This document shows, one piece after another, positions 20,365 through 28,606 of a DNA stretch of 64,000 nucleotides. Below the pieces are notes generated by a model. That model ran no database searches and was not told the origin of the DNA. It saw only the letters and a list, made by a program, of their open reading frames with translations. Origin of the DNA: an uncultured Bacteroidales bacterium (GTDB taxonomy: Bacteria; Bacteroidota; Bacteroidia; Bacteroidales; BM520); assembly GCA_964594665.1 (NCBI GenBank), contig CAZQNY010000004.1, positions 185-64,184 of the forward strand, given 5' to 3'. Positions within the stretch are counted from its first letter, which is position 1. The number at the start of each line of letters is the position of its first letter. Position numbers and translations under genes: made by a program.

Positions 20365-21020
20365 TGGCTCAAGACACATCAGTAATTTGGGACTGGAACG
20401 GGACCTTATTGAACGACACGGATCTGTGTATTGATATTATGAATGGGATGCTGACTCATAAAGGGTTGCATCCCATTACCAGAGAAATATATCGCAAGCA
20501 ATTCACCTTTCCGGTGCAAAAATATTATGAAGGTATTGGCTGGGACTTCAGGAAATACAGTTTCAAGGAAGTAGGATTTGAATTCATTATACACTATAAA
20601 CAACGCTTAAATGAATGTGGTTTATTTCCGGAGGCACCAGAAGTTTTACAGTGGATCAGCGATAGGGGAATAAAACAACATATGCTCTCGGCTATGGAGT
20701 CAGGGTTATTAAAGGAAACAACACAAAAACTCGGCGTTTCAAAATGGCTTACCTCAATTCATGGCATTCGTGATAACTATGCCCACGGCAAACTGGATGC
20801 GGGCAGGGAGATGATCTCCACAGAGGGTATTGATATTAAAAATTGCATCATTATTGGCGACACTCTTCATGATGCAGAAATTGCAAGGGCATTGGGAACA
20901 CAATGCATATTGATATCAAAGGGACATCAATCCTTTGAACGATTGCTGGAGTCCGGGTTTCCGGTTGTCCATCATCTGAAAGAGGTCATTGAATTTGTAA
21001 AACCTCTTGCTAAAGTTTAA
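20364..21020 (+). CDS. HAD-superfamily hydrolase (phosphoglycolate-phosphatase-like)
   Basis: 218 aa. Motif I reads DWNGT (Asn where the second Asp is expected), and motif IV reads IIIGDTLHDAE. Confidence 0.75.
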   Translation: MAQDTSVIWDWNGTLLNDTDLCIDIMNGMLTHKGLHPITREIYRKQFTFPVQKYYEGIGWDFRKYSFKEVGFEFIIHYKQRLNECGLFPEAPEVLQWISDRGIKQHMLSAMESGLLKETTQKLGVSKWLTSIHGIRDNYAHGKLDAGREMISTEGIDIKNCIIIGDTLHDAEIARALGTQCILISKGHQSFERLLESGFPVVHHLKEVIEFVKPLAKV

Positions 21021-21840
21021 CGGGATTCTTCTTTTGTTTTCCCTTGTAATATTTCATAGCTTCCGGCAGATTATCCTTCATAGCCTGTATGCGTTTCGCA
21101 TCAGAAGGGTGAGTAGATAATAATTCCGGAACATTGGCACCCCCAAGGGCTGTCATTTTTTCCCAAAAAGCAACCGCATGTGAAGGATCATAACCAGCCT
21201 TTGCCATCATGATCATCCCCAGCTTATCAGCTTCATATTCGTGCTTTCGCGAGTAGGCCAGTGTACCCAATGTGGAGCCTAAACCATAGGATGCCAGAAA
21301 TATCTGCTGTGTCATTTCCGGTTTCTCCTGAAGAGCCACTCCCAGAGTCATACCCCCAAGCTGTACTGCCAGCTGTTGACTCATACGTTCATTTCCATGA
21401 CGAGCCAATGCATGACCAATCTCGTGACCCATAACAACAGCGATTCCATTTTCATCCTCGCATACAGGCATAATGCCCGAATAAAACACGATCTTTCCAC
21501 CGGGCATGCACCATGCATTTATGGTTTCTTCTGATACTACATTAAACTCCCAGTCAAACTCATCAAGGCGCTTTTCAAGGCCATTTTCACTAAGAAAACC
21601 CATTACAGCAGAGGAAATGTCATTTCCTACTTTCCGAACCTTTTGTACATCTTTATTATTATCCGGCAGAGGTGTATTTTCCTGTAAAAATGCATCATAG
21701 GATGTAAGACTCATCTCCATCATTACTGACGAAGGTAAAAAATTCATCTGCTTCCGATTTATTAATGGAACTGTACTACATGCAGTTATTAAAGTTGTGA
21801 TTATCAATAAAACTGCAACTAAGAATAGTGGTCGTTTCAT
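21010..21840 (-). CDS. M48-family zinc metallopeptidase (lipoprotein)
   Basis: 276 aa with a lipoprotein signal (..LITAC) and the HEIGHALARH zinc motif. Confidence 0.85.
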   Translation of the reverse strand: MKRPLFLVAVLLIITTLITACSTVPLINRKQMNFLPSSVMMEMSLTSYDAFLQENTPLPDNNKDVQKVRKVGNDISSAVMGFLSENGLEKRLDEFDWEFNVVSEETINAWCMPGGKIVFYSGIMPVCEDENGIAVVMGHEIGHALARHGNERMSQQLAVQLGGMTLGVALQEKPEMTQQIFLASYGLGSTLGTLAYSRKHEYEADKLGMIMMAKAGYDPSHAVAFWEKMTALGGANVPELLSTHPSDAKRIQAMKDNLPEAMKYYKGKQKKNPVKL

Positions 21841-21849
21841 AATTTTATG

Positions 21850-22146
21850 TTAATTAATTTCAACAGTTATTTGAAGACTGGTTAATGCTTTTGCCATTTT
21901 TTGCAATTCATAAGCAGGGCCCTCTTTAATTACACATTTCCCTTTATAATGGGCTATTAATGTGCATTGTGAAGCTTGTTCCTCAGAATGTTCACAGATC
22001 TCAACCAATGCATCTATGATATAATCAAAAGTATTCACTTCATCATTAAACAGTATCAGTTTCTTTTTCTTACCTATGATGGTCTCATCCTTGATTTCAG
22101 ACTCAGGAAGCTCAATGTTTCCAAAATAAAAACTATTCTTCTGCAT
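21850..22146 (-). CDS. clpS: ATP-dependent Clp protease adaptor ClpS
   Basis: 98 aa with the ClpS core LILFNDEVNTFDYIIDALVEICEHSEEQASQCTLIAHYKGKCVI. Confidence 0.85.
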   Translation of the reverse strand: MQKNSFYFGNIELPESEIKDETIIGKKKKLILFNDEVNTFDYIIDALVEICEHSEEQASQCTLIAHYKGKCVIKEGPAYELQKMAKALTSLQITVEIN

Positions 22147-22239
22147 AATAGTTCAAAAATACAACATTTTTTTCAGCATGCTGTTTATGCTATACGGGGA
22201 AAAGAAAGAAATTTGCGCAAGCAACATTATTTAAAAACT

Positions 22240-22860
22240 ATGCAGGATCCAGTCAGAAATATCAGAAACCATATAAATCGTGAATTACCTGGTAAAAAAG
22301 CGCATGAAGAGATGTTGTCAGAAATCCGGATAAATCAAATGAACACCATACACCACAGTACTCCTCCCCTTGAAGCAGCTGTTCTGGTATTACTATATAA
22401 AAAAAACAACACATGGCATATTCCATTAATTCAACGGACTATTGACAATCATGCACACAGCGGTCAGATTTCACTTCCCGGCGGAAGATATGAGGAAACA
22501 GACAGAAACCTGATGCACACAGCATTACGCGAAACAGAAGAAGAAATCGGAGTAGCTCAGGATGATATTGAAATTTTAGGACAGCTTACACCGATATATA
22601 TTCCTCCCAGTAATTTTAATGTAGCTCCATTTGTTGGAGTTTTCAAAAATGGATTACCGGTTTTCACTCCTGATAAGAAGGAAGTTGATCACATCATAAA
22701 TATATCATACAACAGCCTTTGCAATCCGCAACATATAGCTACAGATAGCTTCCATGTCAGGGATATGAGATTCACCACACCCTGTTTCAAAATCAATGGC
22801 TACACCATTTGGGGCGCAACAGCAATGATGCTAAACGAATTCATTGCTGTATCGAAATAA
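22240..22860 (+). CDS. NUDIX hydrolase (CoA pyrophosphatase-like)
   Basis: The Nudix box is LPGGRYEETDRNLMHTALRETEEEIG. I set the start at ATG 22240 because the longer ORF from 21976 would overlap clpS antisense. Confidence 0.8.
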   Translation: MQDPVRNIRNHINRELPGKKAHEEMLSEIRINQMNTIHHSTPPLEAAVLVLLYKKNNTWHIPLIQRTIDNHAHSGQISLPGGRYEETDRNLMHTALRETEEEIGVAQDDIEILGQLTPIYIPPSNFNVAPFVGVFKNGLPVFTPDKKEVDHIINISYNSLCNPQHIATDSFHVRDMRFTTPCFKINGYTIWGATAMMLNEFIAVSK

Positions 22861-23250
22861 TTCTTCATTTATGAAGAGTCCTTTCATTTTCGAAGACAAC
22901 AATAATAACGCACTAATCAACAGCTATTTACATCCAAATAACTCATAACAGGCAGCAATTCCAGGTCACTCAGATATTCAAAAACGAAGATAGCCCAAAA
23001 CCTAATAAAAACACAAAACCCTAAATATCAACACATTAAAAACAATGGCACACTCATTGATATTTAGTTTTTAACATATATTAATTTAATTCATAAAAAC
23101 ATGACACTGATAATTACCATATTGATAGTATTCGCAGCTGTTGCTGGAAGCACATTAAGAATAAAATAAAAAATATCATTACAGAAGACTGATATATAAA
23201 GAACTTAAAGAAACTGCAATTATCGTAGTGTTTTTCGAACTAGTGTTATA

Positions 23251-23278
23251 GCCCGGGGTAGTGTCCGGGCTTTTTTTT
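23251..23278 (+). terminator. Orphan intrinsic terminator in a long intergenic region
   Basis: GCCCGG, an 8-nt loop, and CCGGGC are followed by T8. The nearest upstream co-directional CDS ends 390 nt earlier. Confidence 0.7.
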
Positions 23279-23281
23279 GTT

Positions 23282-23289
23282 TATATTTG
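23282..23289 (+). promoter_or_regulatory. -7 box for the IadA-like gene
   Basis: TATATTTG lies between the orphan terminator (23251-23278) and ATG 23305. Confidence 0.4.
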
Positions 23290-23304
23290 TAAGAAAGAAA
23301 ATCG

Positions 23305-24453
23305 ATGCTCACACTATTAAAATCGGGTGAAGTATATACACCCAGACCCTTAGGTTTGTGTGACATACTCATGGCAGGCAATCGCATCATTGCGATGGAA
23401 AAAGAATTGCGCGCGCCAAAGGAATTCCCGGTCAACCTGGTAAATTGTAGTGGATATAAGGTTTTTCCCGGTCTTGTGGATCCTGTATTTTATCCATGTG
23501 ATAATAGTGATACAGATAACCCGGATACCCTCTTACCGGCGAAGATTTCCGGAAGTGCATTTCGTGCAGGAATAACCAGCGCCATTGGTTCACTGGGATG
23601 GAATGATATTACCCGGGAACCCGGCACACTACTGCGAAGGGTACAGATCCTGCGCACTAATGGCCTGCAATGCCATGCCTACACAGGTGGTTTTAGCGGG
23701 CAATCGTCCGTATTGCTAAAAAACAGTGCCGCTGACCTGGCATATGTTTCCGATTATGTTGCTACCGGCATTATCGGAGTTACGGACCATCGCGCAGGAA
23801 GACTGTCGGCTGAAATGCTATCCTCCTTTCATGCTAATGCTGAATCAGGAGCCACCCTGGGAAATAAATCTCCTGTTGTGGTTTATATGCCAGGCGAAGA
23901 ATCGCAGCAGTACGATGATTTTTTCCTTCGCATAAAAAGGGTGATCCCCATGTCAAAACATCTCATGATTGCCGGGGTGAACAGAAATAAAAAGCTAATG
24001 GAGTCAGCCCGAAAGTTTGGTATGACAGGTTTGATAAACATCGCTGCCTATACCGGAGGTTTTTTTGAAGGAGAAGCCATTGAAGCCACCAAAGCACTGA
24101 AATACTTCCTGCGCGCCGGGGTTCCCATAAAAAACATTTCCATATCGTCGTTTGCAGGTATTGAGCAGCACAAAACACGGAACCACAATATTGAGCAACA
24201 ATACACGGCCTTCTACGATGCTTTTTATCAAAGTATTTGCGATCAAAATATTCCAACAGATATTGTGACAAAAATATTTTCCACTAATGCCGCCCGGTCG
24301 CTCAGGCTTCGAAATAAAGGGGAATTATATACCGGAGGACCTGCAGACATTCTTGTTGCAACAAAAGACAACCTGCCGGTTCATCTTTGGGGAAATGGAG
24401 ATATCCTGCTTTACGACAAAAAAGTATTAAATGTATCGCTCAACAATAGTTGA
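23305..24453 (+). CDS. Isoaspartyl dipeptidase (IadA)-like amidohydrolase-fold protein with degenerate metal site
   Basis: 382 aa that aligns along its length with my recollection of E. coli IadA (TLLKSGEVYTPRPLGLCDILMAGNRIIAM; GVTDHRAG; GVNRN). The expected D-x-H-x-H motif reads GLVDPVFYP. Confidence 0.7.
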   Translation: MLTLLKSGEVYTPRPLGLCDILMAGNRIIAMEKELRAPKEFPVNLVNCSGYKVFPGLVDPVFYPCDNSDTDNPDTLLPAKISGSAFRAGITSAIGSLGWNDITREPGTLLRRVQILRTNGLQCHAYTGGFSGQSSVLLKNSAADLAYVSDYVATGIIGVTDHRAGRLSAEMLSSFHANAESGATLGNKSPVVVYMPGEESQQYDDFFLRIKRVIPMSKHLMIAGVNRNKKLMESARKFGMTGLINIAAYTGGFFEGEAIEATKALKYFLRAGVPIKNISISSFAGIEQHKTRNHNIEQQYTAFYDAFYQSICDQNIPTDIVTKIFSTNAARSLRLRNKGELYTGGPADILVATKDNLPVHLWGNGDILLYDKKVLNVSLNNS

Positions 24454-24465
24454 TCACAATTTTAA

Positions 24466-24473
24466 TATTTTTG
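24466..24473 (+). promoter_or_regulatory. -7 box for the AlbA_2 gene (start codon 7 nt downstream; possibly leaderless)
   Basis: TATTTTTG ends 7 nt before ATG 24481. Confidence 0.35.
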
Positions 24474-24480
24474 CATTATC

Positions 24481-25119
24481 ATGAGTCACTATATAAAAAA
24501 CCTCATTGAGGAAGGCGAACATCAGCAGCTGGATTTCAAATATGAAATTTCAGATTCAAAAAAAATCGCACGGAGTCTGGTAGCATTTGCCAACACCGAT
24601 GGAGGCAGATTACTTGTTGGAGTAAAAGACAATGGCGCTGTTTCAGGGGTCAAAAGTGATGAAGAGTATTATATGGTTGAAACAGCTGCAACGCTTTACA
24701 CTATACCTGAAGTTCCGTTTACAACCCGCAACTGGACTGTTGACGGGAAAACTGTGGTTGAGGTAATTGTACATCCCAGGGCGGGAAAACCCCATAAAGC
24801 GCCTGATAAGGATGGAAATTACAAGGTTTTCGTTAGAGTAAAAGACCAAAACCTGATGGCAAACACCGTTTTAATAAAATTCTGGCAACGTAAAGATAAG
24901 GCAACACCTGATGGCGTTTTTATTCACTACACAGAAAAAGAAGATCAGCTTTTAAAGTACCTTGAAGAAAACGGTTCCATAACATTATCAAAACTTATAA
25001 AACTTACCGGCCTGAATAAAAGAAAGGCAGAAATGCTTTTGGTTGACTTTTTACTTCTCAATATTATAGAAATGGTAATTACAGAGACGACCACATTTTA
25101 CCGGATTAAAGACATGTGA
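24481..25119 (+). CDS. AlbA_2 (Schlafen-like / divergent AAA_4) putative DNA-binding protein with C-terminal wHTH
   Basis: 212 aa with the motif EGEHQQLDFKYEISDSKKIARSLVAFANTDGGRLLVGVKDNGAVSGV, which is typical of the AlbA_2 domain. Confidence 0.65.
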   Translation: MSHYIKNLIEEGEHQQLDFKYEISDSKKIARSLVAFANTDGGRLLVGVKDNGAVSGVKSDEEYYMVETAATLYTIPEVPFTTRNWTVDGKTVVEVIVHPRAGKPHKAPDKDGNYKVFVRVKDQNLMANTVLIKFWQRKDKATPDGVFIHYTEKEDQLLKYLEENGSITLSKLIKLTGLNKRKAEMLLVDFLLLNIIEMVITETTTFYRIKDM

Positions 25120-25126
25120 TTTCATT

Positions 25127-26215
25127 TCACCTGCGGAAAGCGACCATCGACTCCTGGATAAGTAAAAGATCAGCAAGAGCGAGAGCCACCATAGCTTCTG
25201 CAACAGGCACAGCCCGGGGCACTACACAAACATCATGGCGTCCCTTCACTGACAGTTCTACAGGATTCCCGTTATCATCAACAGTATGCTGCATTTTTGC
25301 AATTGAAGATACCGGTTTCACAGCACCCCTCAGGAGAATATCTTCTCCTGAGGAGATACCTCCCAGGATTCCTCCGGCATGATTCGTACGGGGCTTAATT
25401 TTCCCGTCATCGTACGAATACGTATCATTGTGCCGGCTTCCTTTACTTCGGGCCGCTTTAAAGCCCTCTCCAATCTCCACAGCCTTAAACGCAGGAATAC
25501 TCATAACAGCATGAGAGAGCATACTTTCAAGCTTATCAAAGACAGGCTCACCAATTCCTGCCGGGCAATTTTTTATCACACAGGTAACAACACCTCCAAT
25601 GGAGTCATTCTCCTTTATTACCTCATCAATAGCCTGTTCCATTTGCCTGCTGATAACAGGATCAGGACACCGGACCACAGATTTTTCAATATCGGAAACC
25701 TTATAGTCATAGTTATTTCCAGGCAATTCAACGGTTCCTATTGCATTCACAAAACCATAAACAAGGATACCCTTTTCACGCAATATCATTTTTGCAAAGG
25801 CGCCTGCAGCAACACGCGCAACGGTTTCCCTTGCGGAAGACCTGCCACCGCCACGGAAATCGCGGAAACCATATTTTTGCTGCCAGGTAAAATCGCCATG
25901 CCCGGGACGGTAAACATGCCTTAAAGCATGATAATCGCCGGGATTATACTTTTTATTCCGGATCATGAAACCAACAGGCGTTCCAAGGGTTATGCCATCC
26001 AACACACCACTCAGTATTTCTATTCGGTCATCTTCGCGCCGTGTAGTTTCAAAAGTGCTATCTGTTGGTTTGCGACGTCCAAGTTCAGCATGTAAAAATT
26101 CAAAATCCACCGGAATACCTGCGGGGATACCATCAATTACACCTCCTACAGCAGGTCCGTGAGACTCACCAAAAGTCATAAGCTGCAATTGTCGTCCAAA
26201 TAAGGATCCACCCAT
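25127..26215 (-). CDS. aroC: Chorismate synthase
   Basis: The N-terminus MGGSLFGRQLQLMTFGESHGP matches AroC, as do ...GGGRSSARETVARVAAGA and the rest of the protein. I set the start at the internal ATG 26215, giving 362 aa. Confidence 0.92.
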   Translation of the reverse strand: MGGSLFGRQLQLMTFGESHGPAVGGVIDGIPAGIPVDFEFLHAELGRRKPTDSTFETTRREDDRIEILSGVLDGITLGTPVGFMIRNKKYNPGDYHALRHVYRPGHGDFTWQQKYGFRDFRGGGRSSARETVARVAAGAFAKMILREKGILVYGFVNAIGTVELPGNNYDYKVSDIEKSVVRCPDPVISRQMEQAIDEVIKENDSIGGVVTCVIKNCPAGIGEPVFDKLESMLSHAVMSIPAFKAVEIGEGFKAARSKGSRHNDTYSYDDGKIKPRTNHAGGILGGISSGEDILLRGAVKPVSSIAKMQHTVDDNGNPVELSVKGRHDVCVVPRAVPVAEAMVALALADLLLIQESMVAFRR

Positions 26216-26335
26216 AATATAAAAAATTAATACCGAAGATACGATAATTTTCTGAAGCACAAAGATCAAAAGCGACGAGGAAAAATCAATCCATGGAATC
26301 GATATTGGAAGGTAGGAAAATAGGCTTAAAAAGCC

Positions 26336-26343
26336 TACATTTG
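26336..26343 (+). promoter_or_regulatory. -7 box for the aminotransferase gene
   Basis: TACATTTG lies 25 nt upstream of ATG 26369. Confidence 0.4.
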
Positions 26344-26368
26344 CACAAACCCATAAACATCAAATGTT

Positions 26369-27577
26369 ATGATCTCGAATCTGGAAAATATTTTCTCTGC
26401 TCACGCAGGGCGGATGAAACGTTCGGCAATTCGTGAATGTCTGAAATTAACTCAGCAGCCGGATATTATCTCTTTTGCCGGAGGTTTACCATCCAAAACA
26501 TCTTTCCCTTACGATGATGTTAAAAATTTAGCCATGCAGGTAATTGAAGAGGATGGCCCTGCCGCACTTCAATACAGCACTACTGAAGGAGATTCATCGC
26601 TGAGAGAACAGCTGCTAAAACGCTATCAGGCGGAAGGCCTTGACCATATCACAACCGACAACATTGTCATCACCACTGCATCACAGCAGAGTCTTGACTT
26701 GCTGGGCAAAATATTTGTTAACCCGGGAGACAAAATCATATGCGGGTTACCCAGTTACCTGGGTGGGTTAAGTGCATTTAATGTTTACGGCCCGGAGCTG
26801 GTAGGAATTGATTTTGATGAGCATGGTATGCGAAGCGATATCCTGGAGCAAAAGCTAAAAAAGCTCAGTGATGCCGGTGAAAAACCCAAGTTCATTTATG
26901 TTATCCCTGATTTTCAGAACCCTGCAGGATTAACCATGCCGGAATTCCGCAGAAAAGAAATTATTGACCTGGCGCACAGATACGATGTTCTCATTGTGGA
27001 AGACAGCCCCTACCGCGAAGTACGGTTTGAAGGTCAGGCTCCTCCCATGATGCATGCATTGGACAAAACAGGGCATGTTATCACACTGGGAACTTTCTCT
27101 AAAATATTCTGCCCCGGTTTCCGTATAGGATGGATTATTGCACATACCGACATTCTGGACAAATTTGTGCAGGCAAAGCAAACCGCTGATCTGTGTACTT
27201 CCTCTTTTTTACAAAAAATTGCTGCCAGGTATATCGAAACAGGAATGTTTGAAAAAAATCTTGTTGGTATCATTGAGGAATATAAAGACAAAAAAAACCA
27301 TATGATCGCCAACTTCGAAAAATATATGCCGGAGGGCGTACGTTGGACGAATCCTGAAGGGGGACTATTCCTGTTCTTATATCTCCCGGAGCATCTTGAC
27401 GCAGGGAAGCTCTTTTTCAATGCCGTTGAGAAAAAAGTTGCCTTTGTTCAGGGCGATGTATTCCACTGCGATGGGTCAGGAAAGAACACCCTACGTATAA
27501 ATTTCTCCTTCGTTGATAAAGAAACTAACACCGAAGGTGTTAAGCGTTTGGCTGAAGTTATCAGGGAAGCATTATAA
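26369..27577 (+). CDS. PLP-dependent aminotransferase, class I/II (2-aminoadipate/aromatic aminotransferase-like)
   Basis: 402 aa with the motifs FAGGLPS, NPAGLTM and the PLP-lysine region TLGTFSKIFCPGFRIGW. Confidence 0.85.
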   Translation: MISNLENIFSAHAGRMKRSAIRECLKLTQQPDIISFAGGLPSKTSFPYDDVKNLAMQVIEEDGPAALQYSTTEGDSSLREQLLKRYQAEGLDHITTDNIVITTASQQSLDLLGKIFVNPGDKIICGLPSYLGGLSAFNVYGPELVGIDFDEHGMRSDILEQKLKKLSDAGEKPKFIYVIPDFQNPAGLTMPEFRRKEIIDLAHRYDVLIVEDSPYREVRFEGQAPPMMHALDKTGHVITLGTFSKIFCPGFRIGWIIAHTDILDKFVQAKQTADLCTSSFLQKIAARYIETGMFEKNLVGIIEEYKDKKNHMIANFEKYMPEGVRWTNPEGGLFLFLYLPEHLDAGKLFFNAVEKKVAFVQGDVFHCDGSGKNTLRINFSFVDKETNTEGVKRLAEVIREAL

Positions 27578-27600
27578 ACCTGTTAATTCCAGTTTAAAAT

Positions 27601-27652
27601 CCATTTCTCTTTTTCATTTTTCATTTTATGAAATCGGGAAATGGTTTTTTTT
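27601..27652 (+). terminator. Probable intrinsic terminator after the aminotransferase gene
   Basis: CCATTTC...GAAATGG, with an inner TTTCAT/ATGAAA pairing, is followed by T8. The stem is AT-rich, so confidence is moderate. Confidence 0.45.
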
Positions 27653-27736
27653 ATTTTTTTTAAAGGATAATAAAGAATATTGAAACATAATCCCGGAACT
27701 TACGTTTAACATCAATAACCTGAATACCATTGAAAT

Positions 27737-28594
27737 ATGCATATATATATAATTTTTGGGATATTACTTATAGGTTTCATTATACTGGCGCTGATTTATA
27801 ATAAACAGCGACAACAACTTAAGGCTATCGGGCAGGATTTTTCTTCATTAAAAGATGCTGACGAGATAAACCAACGCACTTTGGAGAAGTATCAAAAAAG
27901 AGAGAAGTCATTGGATCAGTTTTTTGCCATTGTAACACATGACCTCCGGGGTCCGGTTGGCAACACCTACTCCATATTGCAAACCATGCTCGACAATCCT
28001 GATATCTACGACGAAGAAACCAAACAGGAAATTCTGGTTGCGTTAAAAGACTCGGCATATGTCTCCCAAAATCTTCTTAACACGCTTAGTCAATGGTCGA
28101 GGATTCAGCGAAACAAAACACAATTTCATCCTGAGCCATTTGAAATACCGGATCTTTTACGAAGCACTCTGTCGAGAGTAAAAACAGCAGCATCGGGAAA
28201 GGAAATATCAATTAAAACTACCACAAGCTCACCAACGCTTACCCTCAACTCCGACATATCACTTAATGTCGTAATTCTTCAACATCTTCTCGATAACGCA
28301 ATAAAATTCTCAATGCCCGGTAAATCGGTTCTTCTAAATGCATGTAAAAAAGACAAGGGTATTGAATTCCATATAGAAGATTCAGGCGTTGGTATCCATG
28401 AAGAAGATTTTGAGAAAATCCTTGACAAAGAAACATTCTATTTTACCTATGGAACCGAAAATGAGAAAGGCCCGGGGCTGGGATTGATTATTGTTCAGGA
28501 ATACTGTAAACTTGCAGGAGGAAAATTTTGGTTTGAAAGTGTGAAAGATCAGGGATCTGATTTTTACGTTTTCATCCCAAATCATAAACCTTAA
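27737..28594 (+). CDS. Sensor histidine kinase (single TM helix, no sensor domain; no cognate regulator nearby)
   Basis: 285 aa with H-box FFAIVTHDLRGP, N-box LLDNAIKFS and G-boxes DSGVGI / GPGLGL. Confidence 0.85.
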   Translation: MHIYIIFGILLIGFIILALIYNKQRQQLKAIGQDFSSLKDADEINQRTLEKYQKREKSLDQFFAIVTHDLRGPVGNTYSILQTMLDNPDIYDEETKQEILVALKDSAYVSQNLLNTLSQWSRIQRNKTQFHPEPFEIPDLLRSTLSRVKTAASGKEISIKTTTSSPTLTLNSDISLNVVILQHLLDNAIKFSMPGKSVLLNACKKDKGIEFHIEDSGVGIHEEDFEKILDKETFYFTYGTENEKGPGLGLIIVQEYCKLAGGKFWFESVKDQGSDFYVFIPNHKP

Positions 28595-28606
28595 TTGCTT
28601 GTTTAT

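Noticed and set aside
21976-22239. 88-aa N-terminal extension of the NUDIX ORF
   Set aside because: It would overlap clpS antisense by about 170 nt. The extension sequence is low-complexity, and the internal ATG at 22240 gives a normal-length Nudix protein.
22871-22948. 25-aa ORF (MKSPFIFEDNNNNALINSYLHPNNS) just after the NUDIX gene
   Set aside because: It is an Asn-rich, low-complexity peptide with no signal, and such ORFs arise easily by chance in AT-rich intergenic DNA.
23101-23278. Leader-peptide transcription attenuator model for the Ile/Thr/Leu-rich 22-aa ORF plus terminator
   Set aside because: I found no upstream segment able to pair with either GC-rich terminator arm, so no antiterminator can form. 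The downstream gene is not an amino-acid biosynthesis gene and has its own -7 box. I kept the region as an unexplained small ORF/sRNA candidate instead.
25116-25924. Two + strand ORFs (88 and 181 aa) opposite aroC
   Set aside because: They lie entirely antisense to a strongly supported chorismate synthase gene. Their composition is low-complexity and Arg/Ser/Thr/Pro-rich, typical of shadow frames, and they carry no motifs.
26321-26337. Short hairpin TAGGCTT-AAA-AAGCCTA in the aroC/aminotransferase divergent region
   Set aside because: It has a 7-bp stem and a 3-nt loop, and it overlaps the predicted -7 box. It is too small to distinguish from chance, and it cannot be a terminator because it sits between divergent starts.
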